Shown here: one piece after another, positions 1 to 12,400 of the stretch | Position numbering within the stretch: the stretch's first letter is position 1 | Layout: each line of letters starts with the position of its first letter | Source: Dipteris shenzhenensis | Lineage: Eukaryota | Assembly: GCA_047967505.1 (NCBI GenBank) | Contig: CM106538.1 | DNA: 64,000 bases | Reading direction: 5' to 3' (one strand) | Program-made: the position numbers and the translations under genes | Notes under the pieces: model-generated | The model's input: only the letters and a program-made list of their open reading frames with translations | Told to the model about the DNA's origin: nothing | Databases searched by the model: none

Positions 1-560
1 CATACTTTGCTTGTAGATTCAAGATTGAGAGACAAGCCCATAGTTTAGACATCCTAGCACCCTCGTACAACTGTGTTGATTACAACTCTTGCATTTTGAC
101 CTCAGACTCTGACATCACGTGTACATGTGATGTAGTGCCCCTAAAAATAGAATCCATCATGTCCCCCATACCCTCGTCATCATCTCCTAGACTATAGTCT
201 TGCTCAAAGTGTGAAGGTATATGCACATCCTCATCACCCTCCTCATCATGTTTTAAGATTCCGTGTAAATATAAGATCTTGTCTCAAGGTTTTGTGTCAT
301 AATGGTATCCAATATTAACTACAAACTCAAATAGCATTGACTTACTGATGATCCATCACCACGTGCAACACCAACGGTGGGTACTAGTTTGGGCTCCTCC
401 CCATACATTCGCAAATGGCACATGATAATACGATGTTGATGTCGTACTTCTCGCTTGCAACGAGTCCAATGATAATACAACCTCTCCGTAAGCCACTCTA
501 TGCTCCCGAGCATTGGCGCATCATTTGATGAGCTTCCACTCATCCCTTCCATCTGCACAC
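1..560 (-). pseudogene. CACTA/En-Spm transposase (TnpD/Tnp2-like) N-terminal remnant, running off the left edge
   Basis: Minus-strand translation of 1-120 reads ...EL*STQLYEGARMSKLWACLSILNLQAKY, resembling the PLYxG.SKL..L.LLNLKA motif of CACTA transposases. Upstream HWTRCKREVR..IMCHLRMYG resembles the transposase-associated C/H motif. An in-frame stop is present. Confidence 0.65.
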
Positions 561-662
561 TTCTAAAATCACAACATGAGCTGCAAGGAAATCTATTAAG
601 ATTCAAAAAATAGCCACCCATGAGCTTCTTTTCTCTCTTCTCACAATAAGTGCCTTGAACCA

Positions 663-762
663 TCGCTATATAGCGACACTTGGCTCTGTTCTGTCGTATA
701 TAGCGATGCTTTTTGGATATAAGTGTCGCTATATAGCGACTAACTAGTGTCGCTATATAGCA
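663..762. repeat. Four copies of the palindromic 14-mer TCGCTATATAGCGA
   Basis: Copies at 663, ~694 (variant), 726 and 750 (variant). Confidence 0.85.
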
Positions 763-1449
763 ATGTTGGGGGCTTAAACTTGAAACCCTGCGCGATGCTT
801 TCTTTAGCATCTCTATTGTGAGAAAAGCAAAAATCTATCCTCCCACCTTATATTCGATGACCTCGCTTTCCTCCTCTCTATTCTCCACTCTTCACCCCTC
901 TCCTAACACCTGCTCCCTCTCCACCCTTCTCTCTCTTTGCTTGTGTGAAAAGAAGTTTTTAAAGAAGATGAGTCTCTTTAAGCAATGTAGGTTCTTTTTT
1001 GTAAGATTTCGTTTTGTAAGTGTTGAAGCATGTTTCTCCTTGTATTGCTAAGGCTATGTGCTAGTTTTCATGCTTGATTTTCAGAGGTTAAGGACAAAAA
1101 ACGAGATTTTGTGAAAGAAAGAAGACTCACCTCTTCTCTTTTTGGTATTTCTCTTCCTCCTCTTTCTCCTTGTTTATAGGCTTGTGCTTTCTCCTTGTTT
1201 GTAGGCTTATGCTTGTCTCCTCAATCCAATCCCTTTGAGAAGTTGCTTCTCTAAACTCCTCCTTCCTCTAACTAGTTATTTGAAAAATGGTATGTTTCCT
1301 CTCTTTTGTAGGGCCAGTCCACAAAACACCAAGCGGGACTATTCCAAGTAAGAAAGTGCGTCCTCTTTTTTTCTTTTGTTATTTTTGTTATTTGCATTGG
1401 CCTGCAGCTAGCACCTTAAGCGCTACTGCAGTGATGGGCGTAGGAATCT

Positions 1450-2640
1450 TCTCTTCCCCTATCCCCTCTTCTTTCCCTCTCTTCCCCTCTTCCTTCTCTT
1501 CTTTTTCCCTCTTCTTTTTCCTCTCTTTCAATCTCTTTTCCCCTTTTCTTTTTCCCCCTCTTTCAATCTCTTTTCCCTCCTTTCCTTCTCTTCTTTTTTT
1601 CTCTCTTTCAATCTATTTTTCTCTCCTTTCCTTCTCTTCTTTTTCCCCTCTTTCAATCTCTTTTCCCCTCTTCCTTCTCTTATGTTTATGCTCTTTTCCC
1701 CTCTTCTTTTTCCCCTCTTTCTTCCCCTCTTTCAATCTCTTTTCCCCTCTTTGCCTATGCTTATTCTCCTTTCCTTCTCTTCTTTTTTCCCTCTTTCAAT
1801 CTCTTTTCCCCTCTTCCTTCTCTTATGTTTATGCTCTTTTCCCCTCTTCTTTTTCCCCTCTTTCAATCTCTTTTCCCCTCTTCCAATCTCTTTTCCCCTC
1901 TTTTTCCCTCTTTTCCCCTCTTTGCCTATGCTTACGCTTATGCATGAGCATATGCTCATATGCTAATGCATAAGCACAAGTTTATGCTCTCTCTCTTTTT
2001 CTTTTATGCTCATATGCTCATGCATAAGCATAAGCATATGCTTTCTTTCCTTTTCTCTTATGCTTATGCTCTTTTTTCCTCTTCCTTTTCTTATGCTTAT
2101 GCTTATGCATGAGCATATGTCTCCTTCTCCTTCTCCTTCTCCTCTTTTCCTCTTTTCCTCTCTCTTTCCCCCTCTCTTTCCCTGCTTTCAATCTCTTTTC
2201 ATAAGCATATGTATTTGCCTATGCTTAAGCTTTCTCTCTTTTTCTTTTATGCTCATATGCTCATGCATAACCATAAGCATATTCTTTCTTTCTTTATCTC
2301 TTATGCTTATGCTCTTTTTCCCTCTTCCTTCTCTTATGCTTATGCTTATGCATGATCATATGTCTCCTTCTCCTTCTCCTTCTCCTTCTCTTATGTTTAT
2401 GCTTATGCTTATGCATGTCCTTCTCCTTTTCCTTCTCCTTTTCTTCTCTTCTTTTTCCCTCTCTTTTTCTCTTCTTTTCATAAGCATATGCCTATGCCTA
2501 TGCCTATGCTTATGTTATGCTTATGCTTATGCATGAGCATATGCTCATATGCTTATGCATAAGCATAAGCATATGCTTTCTCAATGTATTCTCTTATGCT
2601 TTGTCAATGTATTCTCATATGCTTTCTCAATGTATTCTCT
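1450..2640. repeat. Low-complexity CT-rich and (ATGCTT/ATGCAT)n degenerate repeat tract, probably intronic
   Basis: Repeated TTTTCCCCTCTTTCAATCTC units followed by TATGCT arrays. The overlapping ORFs are low-complexity artefacts. Confidence 0.85.
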
Positions 2641-2681
2641 TGTTTTTTATTTTTTGTTTTCGTGTTTGGTCTATGTTAGAC

Positions 2682-3457
2682 ATGGGATCCCGTCACACAC
2701 ACATCCGACGAGTACGAAAATCCTCGTAAGAGGAGACATCATGATCTCTATTCTCCAGAGGACTTTGATTCCCCTCACGTGATAACTCAGGGGCCTACCC
2801 CTGCACTCCTCTCGGACATTTTGGACCTCAGCAATTTCCTCTCCTACACCAATGGCTGGACCTACTGCCCAGCCATCCCCTCTAGCCCCTTCAATTAAGG
2901 GGTCATTACCTGGGCATGCCCATCATAAGGGAAGAAAGAGTAGGAGGGGTAGCTTATGTTGTGCTGACTCGGGAGATGTAGACGAGTCAGCACACTCACA
3001 TCCCTACAGGTCTCCACTTGGTTCCGAGGCCCAGCACCAGTTAGGTCCCTTGCCCTCTACTACTCCCACTACTACTCCTTGCTCCAGAAGCACTCGCTCT
3101 GACTCTGCTACTACCATGAGTCCTCCTTACCCGGTCGAGGACCTGTCCTATCAAATCACGGCTACTGGAGAGATAATACAAGATAAAAAGTGTGCAGCAG
3201 TGATGGCCACCATGAGGCAGTTGATGAGCCACCACTTCAGGAGCGACATAGCTACTGATTGGCGATATCAAGATGACCAAAAGAAGCAGGCGGTCATCGA
3301 TGAATTGAAAGCAAAATACCCTAATCCCCCAAATTGGGAGTTCAATGAGAATTACATGCGAGAGCGCATGGGTTTGGTCTTGAAGCATCGTAGATCAACC
3401 TTGCGTACTTCCATCGCAAAGGGGAGGATTGTAAGAAATCAAGTAAGCTTTTTTTAG
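2682..3457 (+). pseudogene. CACTA-associated TnpA/Ptta-like ORF, frameshifted
   Basis: A P/S-rich N-terminus is followed by DWRYQDDQKKQAVIDELKAKYP..W.FNE.YMRERMGLVLKHRRSTLR, resembling TnpA-type accessory proteins. It lies next to the TnpD remnant. Confidence 0.5.
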
Positions 3458-3559
3458 GTCATACTTTTTGGTATGCTACACTTGGCATAAGGGGTGGTAC
3501 TTGCATTCCAATTTCATTCACCATTCTCCCCCTTATAGTTGGCCTGGTATCATTATCCC

Positions 3560-5150
3560 ATATATGGATTAGTAGATTTTCTTATTGATAAATGGATGTA
3601 AGATCAGCTTTTCAACTGTTATTCCCCCAATAATATTGGGCAAGATATATTTTTTTGAAGGAACATCTCACTTGGGCCTCTACTGCTAATTCCTAGATGG
3701 GTAATTGGGTGTGACTTCAACATGGTGGAGGATCCTATAAACAAAAGAGGGGGAGGGGAAGATGTCATTCACTCTCTTGAGAGAGATTCCTATCATGAAT
3801 TCTTTTTTCAATTTAGAAGTAGGATTTAATGGCTTTGATGATACTTTTCATGCCTTGCCATAGTCACTCCTAGTTTCTTGGTCATATATGACATGCTTGA
3901 GTCCCATCCATGCATGGATTGATAGATTTTATTTGGATGATTGGGCATTGGATAGAGATTGGGATGATAGATTTTATGTGGATGATTGGGCAGTGGATAG
4001 AGATGGTACTATTTGTGTTGCCCTTGGGGTATCTAATTTTGACCAATATCCATCTATATTTCTATTTGTGAGCCTCATGGTCATGATTCCAAATGCCTTT
4101 TATGCACATGAGAATAATTCAATGGCAGTTATACAAATTTTGGATTTTTACTTGTAGGATGGTTTGCACTCTTCTCTTACATTGGGAGCATCTCTTTCTT
4201 ATACGAGTACTTGTTATCAGTCCATTGCTAGGACTAGGAGATCAAATATCCTTAGGTAGAAGATTATCATTCTTTAGCAGTTGGTAGCCCTACAAAGGGA
4301 GGAATAGTGGGATCAATCATGAATGCTCTTTTGGCTAGGGGTTGGATTTTTCCTTTACTTTGAATCTAGAGAGGTATCTCAATTACATCACAATAGTTTG
4401 CTCTGATGATGTAGGGAATACGGAGGAAATTCCTCTCTTAGAGTTTAGCCAAATTGGATCTCACCTCTAGAGTGGTAGTTGTCAACCAAATATTTTTGGC
4501 CCCTACCTGGTAATTCTACTCATGCTGGTGCCACTCTAGAGGCTTTATTTATTTTCTTAAGAGGCCTATTAGGGACTTTATTTGAATTAGATGATGAGTC
4601 ACAAGTATGAGATCCAAAGTGTCTTGGGAGAACTTGATTCTCATGACCCAGGATGGAGAGCTAAACATTATAGATCATGACTTTTAGTGTAGATCCTTTA
4701 AGAGCCTTGAAAATATTTCTTTCTTCCATGCATTGGATCTTGCACTCCCTCTTCAGGTGATGATTTGATGGGACAAAGGTAGGAGAATTGCTCAGATAGC
4801 TGCAGTTGGTGGGCCTCTATAGATGGGGGATAGCATAGACATATTAGGTGTATGGTGCTTTCACAAGCACAAGCATCCCTCTTTAGATCATAGGATTCTC
4901 ATGGAATTTAATATGCATGCTTGAGGTATGTTGTTTAGATCCCCTAAGTCTGTTGTGGATTTTGTTGCACACCTAGAGCCATTTAGAGTTGTGGCCTTTA
5001 TTGAGCAATGCTATGAAATTTTGCTCTTAGCTAGTATGTAGAACCTTGTCTAGATCCTTCTTGGTCTTTTGAGTCTTTGGCTTTTGTAGGTGTGTTCCCA
5101 TAAGTCTTCAATGGGATCCACGCGAGTGACATGGATTATCACAGAGAGGG
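3560..5150 (+). mobile_element. Highly degraded L1-type LINE ORF2 remnant
   Basis: Residual motifs W.IGCDFNMVED (endonuclease), IDRFYL, RVVVVNQIFLA and KVSWENLI..QDGELNIID, with many stops. Confidence 0.6.
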
Positions 5151-5551
5151 TCTTCCCTGTTTTTACATCAGAGTAAGTAATGCCAAAAAAATTGCAAGAG
5201 CTTAGAGACCTTCAAGCATTGATCATTGGTGAAGATTTATTACCACCAATCCTCTCAATGGTCAAGCATACTATTCATCTTTCACAAGGCAAGCTTGCTC
5301 TCATTGAATAGGACCTTCACAAAGATGCTAAAACAATCGACACCAATCATATTTATGGGTCTCATCCTCCTCATTCTCAAGCACAAGATTGGACCCCTAT
5401 ATAATAAGGGTGGTTGAATTGCATGATACAATAAGATAATAGGGTCAAACCCTTAACCTTAACATTAAGGGATTTGTGTATATATTGATCTTTATGTTCA
5501 ATATAGCATAGTGTATAGTTAGCTATCTTGTGCATCCACACCCCTCTAACA

Positions 5552-5590
5552 TGATATCAAAGCCACTCCCCTCCAAAATGGTATCAGAGC
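5552..5590 (+). other. Duplicated tRNA-iMet primer-binding-site-like motif of an old LTR element
   Basis: TGATATCAAAGC (5552) and TGGTATCAGAGC (5579), 27 bp apart. No intact LTR pair could be delimited. Confidence 0.45.
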
Positions 5591-6819
5591 CACTCATGCT
5601 CTATCTTAACATGGAGTCCAAGGTATACATCCTAACTTACTCTCAAGTTGCAAAAGAAAAGGGTAATAGGTTTTGTATGATCCTACACGTGCGATTATAC
5701 CTAGTTTGGTCAAAGGGTCTTAGACTATGAATGTGCACTCTGCATCTGAGGCCTCCCTCCGAAACATAAATCTAACAAATGGAACAAATAATAGGATATT
5801 AAAGCTTGGATCAAAAGGCAAAAGTGGAATCCAACATTTTGCTAACACCCGACGAGATCAAGATCATATCGATGTGCTTTGAAGCCCTAGGCCACATCCA
5901 ATTTTCCTATCTCTAAATCTAAGAGACTCTTTAGAGTCCAAACTAGAAAGACAACCTATCTGACCAAGTGCCCAAAGCCCTACCGTAAAATCTCAAATTA
6001 AAGAGAACCCATCAATGGGATCCTTGATCTTTCAACACAACAAAAGAGCAACTAAGGGCAAGTCACCTCAACTCAAAATCAAGGGCTTAGCCTACCTATT
6101 CATAGGATGCCCAAGTACTTATATGAGAGGAAACCTCTCTTGGATATTTGGCTATCCAATTTCATGGGAGACTTGGCTCAAGTCCTAATGCATTACTAAG
6201 CTATAGACCATGATGTTGTCTTGCACACTTCTCAAAGACTCCTCAAAATAAGAGTGTCAGATACATTTAGAAGAACACGCGTACCATAGGCGACAAGCTA
6301 TAATGCAACTATTTACAAATTAAGGGAAGAATTCTATCAAAATAAGGAGTAACCTACTAGAAAAAGGAGTTATTTATCAGCTAAAAACATGAAATGATTT
6401 CACAAGCAAAGTATTTTAGAGAGTAAGTACAAAAGTTCATTTTAAATGTCAAAATGATAGCAACAGTGCAACAATTAAGAAAGAAGATTGATAGAATTAA
6501 GAAAGAACATTGATAGCCAACAATTATTGAACTTCCACATTAGTGAACATCAACAAAGTCTTGAGGAATGGAAGTAATACTTTAAGCAAAGAAGAAATCA
6601 ATATTTATTGATTAGCTAAGGCTCAATCAATGAGCACCATCATCAATCCAAGACTTCTAGACTTACCAAATCAAGAACGTCATCACTAAGAACTGTAGGC
6701 CCTTTCCTGGGTCCATTCTACATCTCATTGAAGAAATCTGTGCACTGTTGCATGCCATTGGATTTATAAGCAGCCCATACCATCACGAGGATTTACTAGT
6801 AGCTTTAGACCAATTGAAG

Positions 6820-8760
6820 AAGGAAAGCATGTGCATCACAACACATCCAAAAGAAGCATCAATAGATTTAAAGGCAGCTCCAAACCATTCATCAAATTAG
6901 AGGTAGCTCCATACGCATTCATTTTGGCCATGAATTTACAACCAGCTCCATACCTCTCATGAATTTATAGGTAGTTTTAAACCATTCATGTCAACCTTGG
7001 ATTTACACAAGTGGCTCCATAATGTTGCGAGGATTTATAGGCGACCCAATACCAATTCTTGTGCATGATTGCACACCAGTGAAAACATGTGCATCGATCA
7101 CAAATCATGAAGAGGATAAGAAGAGAAACATTATGAATCACCACACATCTTATGGAGGATGAAGAGCTCATGCATTGCCACACATTAGAAGAGAACTTGT
7201 ACATCATCACACAACTTGTAAAATAAAGGCCATGTGCATCATCCACACATGCTTGTGAAGAAGGGGTATCAACATGTGCATCGATCGCACAACCAAGAGG
7301 AGGAGGAGAAACCTAAGTTTCAACCACTCATGAGGGGAAGAAGGAGAAAAGGTATGTGCATCACTACACTAGGGGGAAGAACATGTGCACTAGTCCGTGT
7401 ATAATGGGGAGAAAGGAAACTATGTGCATCACCATACATTAACAGAGAAAGGGGAAGAACTAAGCCTTGATTGCTCATGGGAAGAGGAAATTATGTGCCT
7501 CATTGCACATCATGAAGAGGGTTGAAATAACCATGTGCATTGGTTGCACATATTAGGACGAAGTATGGAACTCCAAAAGATGGAAGTCATCTAGAATGGA
7601 TCTTAAATTGTTGGATGAAAATTCTAGCTTTCAAACAAAATTGGTTGCAAATTTGTAGAATGTTGGATCCTATCCAAGTGGTTGAAGTGTTGGAATGCAC
7701 TAAACTATTGGAGTCAAAGATGTAGCAATCATGTACATGAATGCACATTTGCAAAAATAAGCCTTGCGTCTTGAGCAATATATGCTCATGAAAGGAAGAA
7801 TCACGAAAAATAACATGTATATAATGTCAACACATACGGAAAGAGCAAACATGTGCATTAGATCCTGATGTCGATTTTATTAAGACTTGCAGAATCTATT
7901 GAAATGTTTGAACTAATGAGAACTAGTAGAGGCTATGCATTGCCGCACACAGGGAAGAAGATGTACATTGTCTACACGTTAGAGAGAAAAACTTATGCAT
8001 CACAATACAATACAAAAGATATGTGCCTATCCGCACATCTAAGGAAATAACTTGTGCATTGATTGCACATTTTGAAAGAAATGGAAAACTATGGGAGATA
8101 AGAGTCAAATCATGGAATGGATTTCAAAATGTTGGATTGCAATGGAATTGCCAAAATCTGGGAGGTTGATAAGCCTAAGCATCAATTGCTCATTCAAGGG
8201 GAATCTATGTAGGGGTTGCACAATAATTAAAAAGGGGAAGAACCAAGCATTGATCACTAAGAGATCATGTGTTTCGATTGCACATATCAAGATGTCAAAA
8301 TTCTCAGAGTCAAATATTTCAGAATATCGGAACTTCATGATAATGCTTGAACTAGTGGACTAGTGGACTAGTGGACTGAGGGACTGGCGACTAACAATGA
8401 ATGTAGGGATGATTAACGATTGATTGACTGATTGACATGACAATATCAGTAATTCGATGATGATGATTGTTGGACTGACTAACTAACATAAGTATGGACT
8501 GAGAGTGGGGGAAAGAGAATTTATGGATTTCCTCACGCAGGAAAAAAAGCCGTGCATCGGTGCACGTTGAAGAAGAGAACATTATTCACACAAGAAGAAA
8601 AGAATATATCATTGGATTTATAGACAAATCTAGACCAAATGAACTTGTGGATTGTTTGCACCTCAAAAAAATAATATATGTGCATTATCACACATCATGT
8701 AGAAGAAAGAGATACGAGCATTGAATGATCAATAAGAAAATATATGTGCTTTGCTAGACA
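6820..8760. repeat. Degenerate repeat array with ATGTGCAT-N4-6-(G)CACA...GAAGA core
   Basis: At least 14 recurrences, e.g. 7086, 7231, 7273, 7354, 7421, 7492, 7532, 8051, 8678. Confidence 0.6.
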
Positions 8761-9412
8761 CCACAAAAGATTTGGGCATCAACTACTCAACTTTGTGTTA
8801 ATGGATAGAAGAACAATGTGTCCCATTGCATGTAGTTATCGGATGTTTGATCAGATTAATTTGGAATCATCAGACGGTCGAACATTGGCAAAGGCTAGTC
8901 TTGTTGGGATGTCTTCTAAAGATGCCTTCTTTTGCAATCTTGCATTAGCTGGAACATCGGGACACTACTCAAACTTTGGCATCGTTGGAACATCAGGTTA
9001 TGGGATGCCAGAAGTGGACACATGAACATTGAAAATCTCTGTCTCTGCTCAAGAAATCAAAATGTGGAACGTCAGGCTAGTTTTGGATTTGTACCATCAC
9101 TTAACAATGGCAATCAATCCTACTCCATTAGGGGTTATGACAAGTGCCTCTGCAAGTTTCTACTTCCTTCCTTAGTTATGGCACTAGTGATAACTTGTAG
9201 CGAATCATTGAAACTAGATATGATTAGTAAATTGCCCCAAGTTCACGGTGCAGACAGGTCCACAAGCTTCATATGTGTAATATGTCGAGAGTGTCCAATC
9301 ACATGGCAAATTTATCAGTAAAGCTCCAAGGTCTGGTATCTATCAATGTATTATTATTGCCACAACATCTTGAACACCATGGTTAAGGGGATTGTTCAAA
9401 ATAAGTTCCAAG

Positions 9413-12400
9413 TGTGGGGGTTAAAGGTCACTGTGCCTTGACCCCGGTTATGTACAATACTCAAACACATATATAAATGAATGAAAAAGAAGATTAGGGT
9501 GGTTCTGCACCCACCAAACTTGTGTGGCTCTCTGTCTCTCTCTCTCCTTCTTCCATTCTTGCTTCCGTTGAGAGCACTCTCAACTGGTATCAGAGCCCGA
9601 GTGATCTAGCTGAGCGTGCGTGAATGCTTGGAAGCTCAGCAGCTCTGTGGGAGGAAGGAGAAGCTTTGTGGGAAGCTTTGTGGGTGACTTTACTTGCATC
9701 TGAGTGTGCAGAGACCTTGGAGGAACCTTTGGAAAAGTCACTTTGGCTTTACGAAGTGGTTTTGAGAGCCTGTTAAGAGCTTTCAAAGAAAAAGTCGTTT
9801 TTTGAGCTTTTCCCTGTTCCGTTCGATGACAGAGACTCCGTATTGACTTGTAGAGGCAACTATTGCTTTCTTTTGGTGTCCACATTACTTCAGGAGCCTG
9901 GAAACACCTTCATTCCTGAATCTGGGATCATTTTATTGGATTTCTGAGTCACTGTGTCAGTTCCTGCGTTTTTTGCCCGGGTGTTGGAACTCAAGTTTGG
10001 AGCAACCATTTGCAGATCTGTCAGTTCCAGTGGACTCAGGAGGTCCTAAAATTTCTATGTTGCTCATCATTCGCACTCCGGTGGAGTTTACAGATAGCTC
10101 TGTTTCCAAAAACGTTTTTCAGTCCGTGTGTTGGACCCAGTGATTGAGACCACGGTTTCCAAAACCGTCTGTCCCATTGCGTTCCGGACGCCCAAAAACC
10201 CCTACCTCTCAGTTCTTGCGTGAATCGGTGGAGGATTTTCAGAGTTATAAATCTCTGTGTATTCGATTTCGTCTCTCTGTTATGCATTTTTCATGCTAAG
10301 GTTTTGAAACCTTAGATTTATGCCACATGGCATTGGATAAGTGTTGACTCCCATTTCTCATTCATCGGTTGGGATTTTGGAGTTCTGGTAGAAGAGAGAT
10401 ATTTGCAGATTTTCTTGCTGATTCCGATTATGCAATGGCGCCCATGTTTTGAGGCATCTCAGGTTCTATTTTCAGTAGCGCTCATTACCGTGGGACTATG
10501 ATTTCTTGAGCATACCTTATGCAGATCACTTTGGTTGCAGTTTGAGCAGTGTGCGCTCATTCGTGGTATGCATTGGGTTGCAATGGATGATTTATAGGCC
10601 ATTTGGATGCATTGCGATCCTTGTTGGATGCGCTAATAGGCCCAAATTGCCTTGTGGGATGCTATTTTTTATGGACGCTTTGCACATGGATGCTATTTTA
10701 TGCTGAGGGACAGCTTTGAAACATTGCAGGTGATGCACTGATAGTGCTATGCTCTCTTGGATGAGATATTATTGATGCATATGCCAGTGGACGGTGTTTA
10801 TGCTTGAGTCATTTGGCACTTATTGGCATTTTCTTTTGGGCCAGATTTGCTCATATGGATGCATAGTATATGCACATGAGTCAGATGCTTTGAGCTTTGA
10901 GTTTTGGTGATATTTCACTCTATTGTGGCATACACATTTGGGTGCACCTAGTATTTGGTGTGATTCTCTCTTGCAGGTACTAGCATTTGGGATTTTGCTT
11001 TATTTACATCATGGCATCCTCTTCCATGTCTGAAAAGGAGTTTTTCAGCATTAAAAAGTTTGATGGGACAAACTTTTCTTTGTGGAAAGAACAAATAAGG
11101 GATGTGCTTATTCAAAAGAAGCAGATTAAACCCTTGGCAGGTATTGAAGCTAAGCCTGCGGATATGTCTGAGGATGATTGGAATGAGTTGGATGCATTAG
11201 CAAAGTCTACTATTAGACTTCATCTTGCAGAGTCAGTTTATTTCACAGTAGTAAATGAGCAGACTACAGAAGATTTGTGGAAGAAACTGTGTGCCACTTA
11301 TGAGAAGGAAACTGCCTCTAATAAAGTTTACCTCATGAAGAGGTTGTTTGAGCTGCAAATGAAGGAAGGGGTCTCCATTGCTTCTCACTTGAATGAATTC
11401 AATATTATTTTCAGCCAGCTTCAGGCTCAGAAAATGAATTTCGATGCGGAGACTAAGGCAATATTTCTCTTATGTTCATTGCCATCCTCATGGGATACCT
11501 TCCGTACAGCTGTCAGTAACTCTGCACCTGGTGGAGTACTGAAATTTGATGATGTTGTGGGTAGCTTGTTGGCCGAGGAGATTAGACGGAAGTCTATGGA
11601 TGGCAACAAGCAGGATGTAGCCTTAAATGTGCAAAGGGGTAGATCACAGTTCAGGGGGAAGTCCCAAGAAAGAGTGAAGTCACGTAGCAAATCCAGGGCA
11701 CGGAACATTAAGTGTTACCATTGTGGCAAGAAGGGCCATATGAAAAAGGATTGCTACAAGCTGAAAAGAGAGCAAAAGGATAAGAAAAAGAATGCAAATT
11801 GGGGTGCAAATCAAAAGGAAGAGAGTCCAAGGGAGGACAAAGGAAAAGAGAAGATCGAGGAGATCAATGCAGTCACACGTGATAGTGACAATGATGTTCT
11901 CTTCATGTCTAGTTTATCTGCAGAGTTGCTTACCACTTCAGATGATGCATATTCCCAGGATTGGATTTTGGATTCTGGTGCTTCATTCCATGTTACTCCC
12001 CATAGGGAATGGTTCTCCACTTATGACAGTGGAAAGACAGGTTGTGTGCATCTTGGAAATGACTATGCATGTGACATAGTGGGAGCAGGTGACATAAAGT
12101 TTTCTTTTGCAAATGGGTCTGCATTTGTTTTGAAACATGTGAGACATGTGCCTAAGCTGACCAAGAGTCTTATTTCAGTGGGTCAGCTAGATGATGCTGG
12201 TTTTCACACCACTTTTAACTTTCAAAGTTGGAAAATTCAGAAGGGCTCTATGCTTTTGGCCAGGGGTGCCAAGTGTGGGACTTTGTATCCCTTACATGTA
12301 TCAGGGGTATTTGATCATGTTGTTGCAATAACTGAGCAGCCAAGCACTTCTTTGTGGCATTGCAGGTTGGGGCACATGAGCCAGAATGGAATGAAACTCT

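Noticed and set aside
1287-2782. Long F/S/L/P-rich ORFs
   Set aside because: They are translations of low-complexity CT and ATGCTT repeats.
6820-8760. CRISPR-like repeat-spacer array
   Set aside because: The repeats are highly degenerate, spacers are similar and purine-rich, the context is eukaryotic, and no cas genes are present.
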